DNA of 20,000 nt from Catajapyx aquilonaris (GCA_000934665.2 KZ538384.1:56132-76131), one strand, 5' to 3'. Shown: positions 1 to 10,700, counted from the stretch's first letter. Translations and numbers: made by a program. Notes: a model not told the origin generated them from the letters alone.

Positions 1-355
1 GTACGGAAGTTTGTGCCGGATGACTCAATATAATGTTTGTTTTCCTATATATACAGTACGTAGATTTGCTCGAAATAATTACTATATTGAATTGTCACAA
101 AACGTATTAATGTCACATATTGGGTACATAATCGATTGCTATAAAAGACAATGGGTGTCCTTCACTTATTCGTAGAGTTCCACTTAATTACATCAGTGGA
201 AACGAGGCGTGATCATCAATTTGTTATGACGTCACGCGCACAGGTCACCTTCCATAAATCACTCGGAAAATACACTCTGAATTCCTGGTACTGTAATTAC
301 CGGCGCAGATAAGTCAAGAATGACCGCATCTTACTCGTCACAAGCTCATTTTCAG

Positions 356-435
356 AGTAAAAGACCTTCTAACTTGCGAAAACAAGGGTCTGATGAGGAA
401 TGATTACGATCATCAAGTGTCTGCCTTCCATCAAG
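356..435 (+). CDS. Candidate upstream exon of lysozyme paralogue 1
   Basis: Acceptor cattttcag ends at 355. The frame is open (VKDLLTCENKGLMRNDYDHQVSAFHQ-G) and ends at a phase-1 donor (GTGAAT, 436) that matches the phase of exon 585. An in-frame ATG lies at 393. The donor is weak and no signal peptide is encoded. Confidence 0.3.
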
Positions 436-584
436 GTGAATGAGCTTTAGATGGACGTTAAACGATCCTCCTGAGTGCGTTTAAACGACGTGACTATACC
501 CCCCAGACAAACGGGATGCAAATTCATCACGACTTTTCATGAACGGATATGTCAATTATACTTTTTTTTAAAATATATTTACAG

Positions 585-1321
585 GTCAAGAACCTGATGT
601 GCCTGACTTTTGCCTTGGATGCATATGCCATGCCAGCACCAACTGCAATAGGAGCACATCCTGCTCTGGAGACTTCTGCGGACCATTCTTGATTTCGTGG
701 GCTTATTGGGCGGATGCTGGGAAGTTTGTATTGGCCGGTGACCATCCTGATGGACCAGCAGGTACAATGCATTAATAAGCAAAAAAGACCTTGAGTTGCT
801 AAACTATTGTAATGTACTTTCCAGCATATGTGAACTGTGTGACCAGCTTTGAGTGTGCCACGGAGACCATCAGAGCTTACATGAACAAATACAAGCAGGT
901 ACGTTACCAGTATGTAAATGTCTGGAATTGACATGTTGATGGGAGGGGAATGGACTCCAAGGTTTGGAATGGGAAAAAAATTGTCCTGTTAAAGAGCTGG
1001 CTGACCCTGACCCAGAGGACATACGTGTGAATATTTTGGAGGGCAACGAACGTGTGTGGGTAGAAAGGGATATAAAGGCCTTGATGAGGAGAGCATTGAA
1101 ATCTGCTTTGCAAATTCAGGTTCAAGATCAAGCCAAGAGGCAATGTGGTATAATGTAATCTTGTTCTGCAGGATTGCAACGGTGATGGTGTGGTCAACTG
1201 TGACGATTATGCTCGGATTCACAAACAAGGTGGATATGGATGCAAAGGCCCAGGAGTGGATCAGACAAAGTACTGGAGCAAATTCCTGAGATGCATCAGC
1301 ACCGTTGGCACCGGCAAATAG
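585..1321 (+). CDS. i-type (invertebrate/destabilase-family) lysozyme, paralogue 1; N-terminal/signal-peptide exon unresolved
   Basis: Exons 585-761, 825-898 and 1172-1321 joined by GT-AG introns (phases 1, 0). Translation: (G)QEPDVPDFCLGCICHASTNCNRSTSCSGDFCGPFLISWAYWADAGKFVLAGDHPDGPAAYVNCVTSFECATETIRAYMNKYKQDCNGDGVVNCDDYARIHKQGGYGCKGPGVDQTKYWSKFLRCISTVGTGK*. CLxCIC, CGPFxIxWxYWxDAG, DCNGDG and RIHxxGGYGC are arthropod i-type lysozyme motifs. 12 Cys. AATAAA at 1460-1465. Not visible in the ORF track. Confidence 0.93.
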
Positions 1322-1623
1322 ACAACGTCCTTGAGATTTCAACTCGTTTATACATTTTGATGTGTTCAATTTTTTGACTCGTTGAGAAATAATAATATTT
1401 TAACTGCCCAACTTTTACAACCAAGCATTTTTGTATGTCATAACATACGTATATATACAAATAAACTAAATCCCAGCAACTTGCTTATTGACCCACAACC
1501 TGAAATGCAAAAACACGCTAGGTGATAAGCACAGGCACATATTGTGATAAAGGCTTCCATTTCCTCCCTTAACCACAGCCAACATATTTTCCCCACTAGT
1601 TGTACGGTCACACAAACATCGTC

Positions 1624-2435
1624 ATGCATTTGCTAGTGGATCAAGGTGCAATAATAGTGCTGCTTTTCATTTCAAAGGCATGTAAGTAAATTAACACAAA
1701 TCCTGTGAAGATCATAATATCAACATATTCTCCTAAGCAGCATCCCAGCAGAAGAAAGTTATATCAGATGTAAGTGATTACTGTTTACAATGCATTGCAA
1801 GGGCTAGCAACACCGAGAATAACAACAATTGTTTTGTGGATGAAGACTCGGGAGAAACATGTGGCATCCATGGAGTAACTTATGATTTTTGGAAAGATGC
1901 TGGAAACTTCACAGTGGACGGCTCTCAGTCTTCAGGATCAAGAGAAGGTATCATACAAAATGGTTACCAGTCTCATCCATTCCAAATGGTTAGTCACACT
2001 TGCACGTTAGATTTCAGAAATTGTGGCCTGGCCAGTGAGTGCTCCGCAAAAACGGTCCGTGCATACATGGGACAATTCTACAGGGTAGGTGAATTTCAAT
2101 GGTGACCAATAATGCGCAGAAGCTATTACAACAAACGATTTGGCAATTGTGCACCACTTTATCCAAGTAGTCTATGATTCTACACACTGCTTGCCTGAAC
2201 ATTAACTGACTGTCACGTGAATGTCATGAAGCTCTTGTTTGACATTTTCTAGGACTGCAACGGTGACGGGATGGTCACATGCGAGGATTTTGACCGTATA
2301 CACTACAAAGGGCCCCACAGCTGCATTGGAGATGATTATGAAGACACGTCACACTACTTCACCTTCATTCACTGTTTAAATGAGGTTCCTCTTATCTGCA
2401 GTGATGTTGATTACTGTATCTCCCAGGAAGTTTAG
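1624..2435 (+). CDS. i-type lysozyme-like secreted protein, paralogue 2 (divergent), 173 aa
   Basis: Exons 1624-1681, 1741-1947, 2011-2084 and 2253-2435 total 522 nt; all introns are GT-AG and in phase. Translation: MHLLVDQGAIIVLLFISKASSQQKKVISDVSDYCLQCIARASNTENNNNCFVDEDSGETCGIHGVTYDFWKDAGNFTVDGSQSSGSREDFRNCGLASECSAKTVRAYMGQFYRDCNGDGMVTCEDFDRIHYKGPHSCIGDDYEDTSHYFTFIHCLNEVPLICSDVDYCISQEV*. Hydrophobic signal-like exon 1. Intron positions and the 74-nt internal exon are the same as in paralogue 1. AATAAA at 2515-2520. Confidence 0.9.
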
Positions 2436-2466
2436 ATGATTTAAAAAACTTGTGCTCAAACATATT

Positions 2467-2520
2467 TTTATTTCCATTCAAGAATGTCATGCATCAAAAA
2501 ATACATAATACATAAATAAA
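2467..2520. terminator. Crossed polyadenylation signals of NOM1 (-) and lysozyme 2 (+)
   Basis: AATAAA on - at 2472-2467 and AATAAA on + at 2515-2520, both within the 128-nt gap between the two stop codons. Confidence 0.6.
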
Positions 2521-2563
2521 ATTTAACCTTTTAAATGCTGATTTCCATGTCATTGAAATATTC

Positions 2564-5500
2564 TCAAAGTTGCACTCTACCTTCTCCTCTCATCATGGCC
2601 TGCTCTGCCAAGGGTACCCTCTCTTCCAGTCTTCTGGCCTCCTCTGCACCTAACTTGGACTTGTTTTTAAGTAAGAAATGATGCATGAAAAGCTTGAGTC
2701 CCTCTCTCATCATGCGCAAATTGGACGAGTGAGAAGCTCTCAGGAACACTTCTTTGCAGGTGTCCTCAGACTCGTGCAAGAGGATTCCCAACATGATCTG
2801 CCTCAAGAAGCGGACCATTGTTTTGCTTATCTCTGCAAACTGGATTACCTAGAAACAGGAAAAAAATGATGTTGCAATTATATTTATATCAACTCAGATC
2901 CATGCAAATTGAAACACTAACCTTAAGTACAGACAGAGGCAGTGCCTTTTCAACAAACAGGTGAGTCAAGAGATGCCCCAAGTTGGAGCGCTGATTAGGG
3001 CTGATGCTGTCCATTTCTTTTAGTTTGTCCCATAAACTGAATTGAAGTGTCAGCTGAAATTGCAGAAAATCGAATTCCAAAATAATGACTAATATTGTTT
3101 TTACAACTACAGAATTTTGCATTCCCTTGAAAATGCAACCACCTAATTACAAACACCTAATCAGATTCAAATTAGGTTTCAGAATATCACAAACACCCAG
3201 GCATAATGAAGAAGTTGGTAACCAGTTGTTCTGTTTATGCCATATGCAATACAGACAAGCCAGGTGGGTGTTAGACACGAACTGCTAATGCCTACTTTGC
3301 CATTAATCTTTTAGTAGGTCAATATCCTAAGTTTTTCATTTCTGTTGCAACCATAAATACTAAATCCTTGATTATTTTCTAAGTGTATTCCTTACCTGAT
3401 ATTTTCGATCTGATGTACAAAACTGCTGTGCTAGGAATGAGTAATATGGGTTACTTGTCTTCTCCTGCAAGCAGCAATCTAATATGACATGTATGATCGC
3501 TCTTTCCTGCTCATTTTTCAATCCAAGCCGCAGGAGTTTTTCAAAAGCATCCATGTAATCTTCAGCTGACATTATAATGCAGAAAATGTTTTTTCTTGCA
3601 TCAGTATTCATCCTCTGTTGCCTGGCCAACTCCATAAGTTTCTGGTCTTCCTTGGCCACCTTCTTCTCCCCTTCCTTTGACTTCTGTATCCCACTCTCGG
3701 CTGATTCCCCAGGAAGCATACCTGTCCACGCCGACCCAACTATCCACCATCGGCCTCGCTCACTGGCTTTGACCAAGTCAGCAAGACTTATCTTCAGCTG
3801 GCTAACATAACACCCTTTGCGCACAAACTGCTTCATAAGCTTCTTCAAGTGTTCCACATATGTGGGGTCATAGTTTGGGATCTTATGCATGTTGTTGTTC
3901 TTGATGGCAGACAGGATGTCCAGAAGGAAGCGGACACGAGACCTGTAACATAAATTCATGCTTCACTGAATTTCTCAAAATACAATTATAATTCTCATGC
4001 CATATTACTCTTAGTATATTTTTAGCTCATACGTGCAGATAGTTCCCATTTTTAAACTTTTAACATTAATGAACTTTTCAGATCCTAACCCCATCATAAA
4101 ACTGGGGCTATCAGAATAAATATTTCAGTACTGACTTCTACAGTACATGCATATCATTTGTCAGTCAACATACTTGTCTTCTGTGTCTGTAATTGTGCCA
4201 GCCTTCTGTTGGAGTTGAAGAATTGTTTCCTTCAGAGTCACAGCATCGTCTTTCCTCAGACAAAACCCAACACTCCTCAGCACCAAGAGGATCAAGTCCA
4301 GATCCTTCTCCCCAAAACGCTCGCCCAACTTCTTTAGTATGTCAAACACCAGGCAGCTGTGCACTACCCCAAAGTTATACACATGGCAGAGAAGAAGAAT
4401 AATGCTGTCAAGATCTCGTGCTCCTTTGTTGTCCGTATCAGTACTCCACTGCTTATCAAGCTCCTCAGCAACAGTCTGAAGAAAATGTGCACCTGAAACA
4501 TGCCATTTTCGTCAGTTTCAAAACTGTAGCTTAATTTAACATGTGACTCACCAATTTCGCTTCCAACATTCGCATGGAGAATGGCAACAAGCAGTGCGTG
4601 CTCAATTATGAACCTCTCAGGTGTAAAAACTGGATTCACAAGATCCAACATCAATCCTGTCAAAAGGGTGTTCATCATGTTCTGGCTGTGTTCACGATAC
4701 AATTCTTCCACCTGCAACATTAACGTAATTCAGTCTTTACATTCGTGACGGCTGGCTAAATACTAAAACCAATGCCTTACCTGAACTGCAATGCTGTGCA
4801 TGTTGCTTTCAGACATCCTGTTTAACAGGCCTCGTAAATTTTGCTGCAATTTCCTGGTCTCCTCCATCTTCTTGGCATCTGGTGTTGCCGGCAGGTTGCG
4901 TTTGGCAGGGGGAACATAAGCACCTCCAGCAGACATTGATGACTTAATAACATTTCCATCTTTGTCTCGGAGACGTCCATAAATATCCTCCCAGGCGGAA
5001 CTATTTTCAGCAGTTTCTGAGTCTGAAGCACTATCTTGCTCATCATCATCACTGCTGGTCTTTCGCTTCACTCCTTTACTGGCTTCTGATTTCTCCTCTT
5101 CCTCAGACATTTTGGTTTCCTCTGCAGCCTCATCCTCAAACCGAACTCGTTTCTTTGGCTTCGTTAATTTTGCTGGAGGCTCAGCCACATGTTCATCCTC
5201 TCCATCTTCATCTTCATCACTTCCAATATTATCATCATCTGTACTTTCACTATCTTCGTCATCCTCATCATTCTCCATGTTGTCATCCTCATCACTCACA
5301 ACGTCTTCATCACTTTCCGGCATATCTGAGAAATCCTCATCTTAAAATAAGTACAAAAGAAAACTTAACTACATATTATACCTCAGTGGAAAACCTTGTA
5401 AGGGTTGGAAAGCCTATTTCAAAAAACACTATTAATCCAGTGTTGATATGTCTTGTTGATGCCTTTCTAGTCTCTATGAGTTTCATGAAAATCACTGCCT

Positions 5501-6923
5501 CTCTAGCAATAAGTTATCGCAGAATTCAAGCGAGAGCTATCACTGATTTATGCTAACTGGCATAACTGATTTGTTTAATTCTAATCGAAAATTGCAGATA
5601 TGATCCAAAGCCCTCTTTCCTCTTCAAGATGAGGTTTCACAAAGTACCCAAATTATTGCAGGATTCTAATACAATAAATGCTTTTGAAGCAGGATTATAA
5701 GAGTGTCCCAGCTCCCAGGGATATGTTAAGGTCAAAATTGGTCAAGAAAAATGGTGAGTTATGAAAGTGATTTCATTGAAAATGATGTCTAACTATTACC
5801 AGCACTTCGAGAACAATTAAAAATTGTGCAAATGCTAAAACCAACTCGGAAAACTCTTAGACTCATGCAGATAGCTCACCTTCTTCTTTACACTGTTCTT
5901 TATTCTTCACATCTCCCTTTGTAGCCTTCATATCCCCCACATCATCCTCAAAGTCCGAGTCACTTGCATCCTCACCCCATCCTGGTGCAGCAGCAATGTC
6001 TTTCATCCTTTCTGAATCACAAGCTTCAAGTAGAACTTATGAGATAGTTAAGGCAAAAAGAATATATTAATGTAATAAGCTTAATTGTGAAACACATGGT
6101 ACTTTGAAGGGTTAGTAGTTTACAGTAGTCTAAATTGATTTAAAAGTGTTGCGGCTAGCTTATGTTTTTTTTTTTTTTTGAGAATATGATTCTCTGGATT
6201 GGAAATTGCACACTAATTGTACACTCTTTACAGCTATTAACCTCCATAAAAAGGATACAGTCAAGTCCATCAAACGCAAATGATTTGGGAATAGTGTTCT
6301 TCTTCTTCCGTTTGTTGAGATGAAGTTTCTTTTCCAGCTGCTTGATAACCTTGTCCTCATCCTTGTTTTCCTTTCTCATCATCTTCAGTCTCTGAACAGT
6401 CATCTCTTCCTCCAGCTTCTTCCTCTTCTTCTCTTCCTTCTCTTTCTCCATCTTTTGCTCTTCCATAATAGTCAAATTCTTCTTCTCTTTGACCTCCACC
6501 TTCTTGTTCTTTTTCTTCTTCTTCTTCGGCTCACTCTCTGGGCTCTTCTTTGCATCCTTCTGTACCTGCATAATATTAAAAATTGTACCGATTGCTCCAC
6601 ATTTACCACGCCTATTGTAACGCTGGATGCACCTGCTCCGTCGGCTGTTTGAGAGTGGACTTCTCAGGCTGCTTGTCTCCCGCAGGATCCTCTGTTGTTC
6701 CCAGCCCCAGCACCCTGGTCCTCCTCTGCACGTAGCTGTCGTTGATGGCCACCTTCCTCATCTTCCTCTTCTCCTTCCTCAGCTCCTTCCTGGTCTTGGG
6801 CCTCTTCCCGAAGCATCCCCTCGCCTGCTGCTGCTGCCGCCTTCCCTTGCCCTTCCTGGCCTGCTCACCTTTCTTCCTCTTCTCCCCAATCTCCAGAGAG
6901 TACGGTCCAACCTTCACCTTCAT
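2564..6923 (-). CDS. NOM1: Nucleolar MIF4G domain-containing protein 1 (NOM1/Sgd1 family; MIF4G + MA3 domains), 918 aa, 9 exons
   Basis: Exons on -: 6923-6633, 6565-6259, 6035-5880, 5340-4781, 4711-4552, 4492-4174, 3942-3396, 3053-2922 and 2848-2564, totalling 2757 nt, all in phase. Basic then acidic N-terminus; family motifs PKSFAFDGLDFLL, WEDIYGRLRD, YVPPAKR, LRGLLNRMSESNM, SRVRFLLD..IKNN, GRWWIVGSAW, RMNTDARKNIFC, EDYMDAFEKLL, QFSLWD. The ATG at 6923 is preferred over the in-frame ATG at 7076 (inference). Confidence 0.95.
5138..5149 (-). other. RVxF (PP1-docking) motif KKRVRF in NOM1
   Basis: Codons read R-V-R-F, preceded by KK. Human NOM1 is an established RVxF-containing PP1 nucleolar targeting subunit. 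Confidence 0.75.
6036..6258 (-). other. U12-type (minor spliceosome) GT-AG intron, NOM1 intron 2, 223 nt
   Basis: 5' splice site GTATCCTTTT (6258-6249) matches the U12 consensus RTATCCTTT. Branch sequence TGCCTTAAC (6055-6047) is followed by only 11 nt to the end of the AAG acceptor, with no polypyrimidine tract. Splicing restores the conserved DGLD-F-LL in frame. Confidence 0.9.
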
Positions 6924-7046
6924 CTCAAACACGACAGAGGAACTTCCAAGTGTTAATCGAACCAAGAGCACATGCCATTTACTTGGGAATGGGAAACGTG
7001 ACTCAAATGGCTTCTCTCCGGTTGAACTTTCAAGTGGCCGAGAGTT

Positions 7047-7079
7047 GGCGCCACCTGAGTCGCACTGTGCTGCCATCTG
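7047..7079 (-). promoter_or_regulatory. Two tandem CTCF-like motifs upstream of NOM1
   Basis: The - strand reads CAGATGGCAGCAC (7079-7067) and CAGGTGGCGCC (7057-7047). Both fit the AGRTGGCR core, are in the same orientation, and sit at the boundary with an AT-rich spacer. Motif match only. Confidence 0.45.
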
Positions 7080-7778
7080 CTCTCATTGCATTAAATTTAC
7101 ATAATAGTAAAAATAATAATTAAAAATAATTCGGCAAGAAAAAAAAGTAGCCATACAATAAAAAAAGGGGTATGAAAATATAATAACAAAATCATTTTGT
7201 ACATTTTTAATGTGATATTAGAATGTTTTCACATGCTTTCAGACATTTCCATTAAATCTTACTTTTTTTTTTTTTTAAGACTTGGAAATGCAAATGTTTT
7301 GTACATAAAAGAAGGACCGGGGGAAAACGTCAGCATACAAACAAAAAAATTTAAATTGAGAGTCACAGCTAGCAAAATACTTTGGACATGTTCACACGAC
7401 TTATTATTCACACACATTTGTTATCATGGCATGCTTTCATTTTTTTTCCCCCCTTGCTGCTGAACATTTCCCAATTAGCACCTCGTTGCAATCTGGGGCA
7501 AGATTGCTTACAGAAGTGGGGGGTAAAAGAACAAATTCAACTGTAAACTAAACACTTACAAATTCAAAGTTAACCCTCGGTAAACTTATTCAAAATAATA
7601 CTACCGTTAACTATTGCAACAGTTGGTAGTAAAATGTTAAGATCCCCTTTCCAAAAAAAAAAAAAAGTGCTAAAATGCTGCAAGGCTTCTTCTTCTAGAA
7701 AGGGTACATGGGGAGCGGCAGATAAATAAAAGTTTTTGGCTTGTTATTGCCATTTTAAAAATATTGTGGGTGATTCCT

Positions 7779-10700
7779 CTAACTGTCTAGGTGATCTGTT
7801 CTGTCCAGAGAGTCGAGTGTGTCACTTGAACTGGAATGAGTCAAGTCACACAACTCATCCAGATGCTTCTGCTTTTTCCTGACGTTCCAGTGGAGGCATT
7901 CGGCCAGGGAATCAAACCAATCTGAGATCTGGTCCTGGGCGCAGATTGAAGGCACGGGGTAGATTGAGGTTGTCACTCGTAGGCTGGAGAAGAAAAATTA
8001 ATTTACATAAATTGCTACGTGGGAAAGATTTTTTTTCGTTTTTTGATCTTGATTCATCAAGCTCGAATTGTTGTCTGGAATGCACTTCAAGTCATGCAGT
8101 AATTTACTAACAGTTTCAGTAAAAAATATTCATTGACATTATACGAGAGTAGCATACCAGAAAATGTGCAGCATAACATATTTATAAATTCAAAGTGAGT
8201 ACGATCTTTGTAGGAAGTTATAACTCTAAATTGTGCCAAATAAAAATTATGCCCCTATATTTTGAATTTATTTCACTCACACCATTCAGGTCATTTCTGG
8301 TGCCATAAACAGAAATACCCAATTTCAATCTACAAAAATTTATACTGGGATAGTCACGCAATCAGTTTTGTAACATATCAACTATCAATCATACTGACCA
8401 ATCTCCATGGAAAAGCTCCTGCCTGTTCCGCCCATCGAATGACACCCAGGCGTTGTTGCGACTGTCTGGTGATACACAGATCTTGAGCTCAACTCCTGCT
8501 GGAACCACAATGGGTCTGAATGACAGTGAATGGGGACAGATAGGGGTCACCATGATGGCAGGGACACTGGGATGGATCATGGAAGCTCCAGCCGCTACTG
8601 CATAGGCAGTGCTGCCAGTTGGAGTCGACACTATCAATCCTGCAAAAATAAGAAGAATGAAGATATAGCCAGTTTGAAGGTAATTGTTTAAAACAATAGT
8701 GTAGTATAGCAGTTGTAAAAAATTGATTACATGTAACTGTGGATATCAAAGGTGGAAGACTGTGGTGATAACCACTGCATTACTATGGCTGCCCTCAGAT
8801 AATTCATGCTCAACAGTGCAATAGGAATTACCGTCTCCTTGGACTGATGTAATGTATTTCCCATCCAGAAAGAGGTCAATGTTTGATAGGTAGGGTGATG
8901 GTCCACGGTCTATCACAACTTCATTCAGGACCAGGAGGTTGGTGGGTGCCTTTGTGCTCTTGCCGCTCTCCTCATTCTTACGAATTATGATGCAGCGCAG
9001 ACGACTCCTTAGGGTCAATGCCGCATGGCCTGCGAAAAATGCAATTTCAGTTTGAATCATCCCTTCTTGCAGGCAATTAACACATCAGAGTTGCAACCTT
9101 GACACTCATTTAGGTCCCTCCAAAAGTTCTAAGAAAAGCCTTGACTTTCACCTTTAACTTTGGTGTTCACTCACCTTCAAGCACATTGGTGACCTGCTCT
9201 TGGAAGTTGTCGAATTCAAATGGCGTTAGGAACCCAAGGGAACCCAGATGGAAGGCCATCACAGGTGGAACTGACTGCTGGAACAGGGAACTGGCGTAGA
9301 GCAGGGTTCCATCACCACCTAGGCATATGATGAAGTCTATCTTGTCAGTCAGGTTGTCTTTTCCTTCCCGGAAGGTCATGAGCTTCTCTTTGACCACTGC
9401 GAATCCTGGGTTGTTGAGAAGTTGTGGGTCATCCAGGACTGAGTACTCCACAAACACAACCATGCTCTTCTCCTGGAAATACATTTCATCATCAAAACCT
9501 GGTTTCCACGAATAAATTCCAAGGCACTCACCATGATGAGCCACTTGACCAGCTGCACAAACGGAGGCAAAACGGCAGCATCCCTGACCTTCTTGATGAC
9601 GAGCACTGTAAGAGGTGGCTTGTACCAGGTGAGTCGTTGGCTGGCCGGGTCTTGTATCGTCCTGCAGAAAAGGATGTCATTACCAAACCATTCGAGGGAC
9701 AAAATTTGTTTCACCTTTCACCCTCCCCGCTATAAAAGAGAGACTTCCTTCACAAATCAGCAAAACGAATGTGTGTGTTTGAATCAGGGCACAGACCGTG
9801 TGGCCACCTTGGCCTACCGACCTACATGGATGATTATTCGGAACAGAAGGCCATCAGTTTTCAACTCCTTTTTTCCCCAGGCCGCACTCCCTCAAAAAGA
9901 CCACACATTCAATATTTGTCAGGATGAACAAAATATTCGACGGGCCACCCACAAGCCACATTACAAACACTAGTAAGGAAGGTGATGAACCTGACAGTCC
10001 GGTTTTTGTCCCAATGTCCAGTTACACTCATTACAAACACTGTGACGACACACCAAAACCAGTTCCCGACAAGTAGCAAAAATTTCAATCAACCAGAAAA
10101 ATCCACAGCATCTGCCCCTGGTGTACTAACCACCATGAGTTGGAATTGTTGAGCAGCAGAGTGTGGTTCTTCATGATGTTGGTTACGGTCTCCTTGTATT
10201 CCCAAGTGCCAACTGACCATCAGCAAGCGCAGGATGGCAGTCTTATTCACTTGCTCCCCTCCACCATCCCCACCCTACCTGTTTACCCCCTCCCCTCCCC
10301 TCAAAAACTTCTCTACCTTCTTTTTCCTTCGGTCAGGGTCAGCACCTTTGCAGAAACCTCGACTGAAAATGTGCTCTAAGCGTGACGTACAAGCGCGTCA
10401 CCGCCTCAAAATTTTTTAGCCCGCCTTCATCATAACCTACAACAAAATTTTTCGAGGTGACGTGAATCTTACGTCTTCAGGCCGATTACACCTGTGACCT
10501 TCTTCCACCAGGCGCTGCCTGAATATAATTATGCAAAAATGTTTGAATCGCGCGCTCATTTCCGTGAAACGACAACAACACCAACCGCAATGTGAACCCT
10601 ATGCGGAAGTGATTGCAAAAATATTTATCCATCATCCTAACCAATATTCAGTCAGTGACCTCTCGATGTGACGTCGATGCAATTTCCGATCAAGGTCGAT

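Noticed and set aside
400..435. ATG 400 mini-exon MITIIKCLPSIK as the first exon of lysozyme 1
   Set aside because: Its donor is phase 0, which puts exon 585 out of frame and hits a stop.
527..1369. ORF-track ORFs 527-934(-), 579-782(-), 904-1197(-), 964-1158(+), 989-1369(-), 1056-1289(+)
   Set aside because: Antisense, out-of-frame or intronic shadows of lysozyme 1 with no recognisable motifs.
6924..7076. 51-aa in-frame N-terminal extension of NOM1 from ATG 7076
   Set aside because: Composition differs from the basic NOM1 N-terminus, and the ATG lies inside a CTCF-like promoter motif. Probably promoter or UTR, though not excluded.
5112..7104. Ser-, His- and Leu-rich + strand ORFs (5112-5345, 5155-5556, 6320-6652, 6627-6956, 6742-7104)
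   Set aside because: Antisense mirror of the low-complexity D/E/K-rich NOM1 exons.
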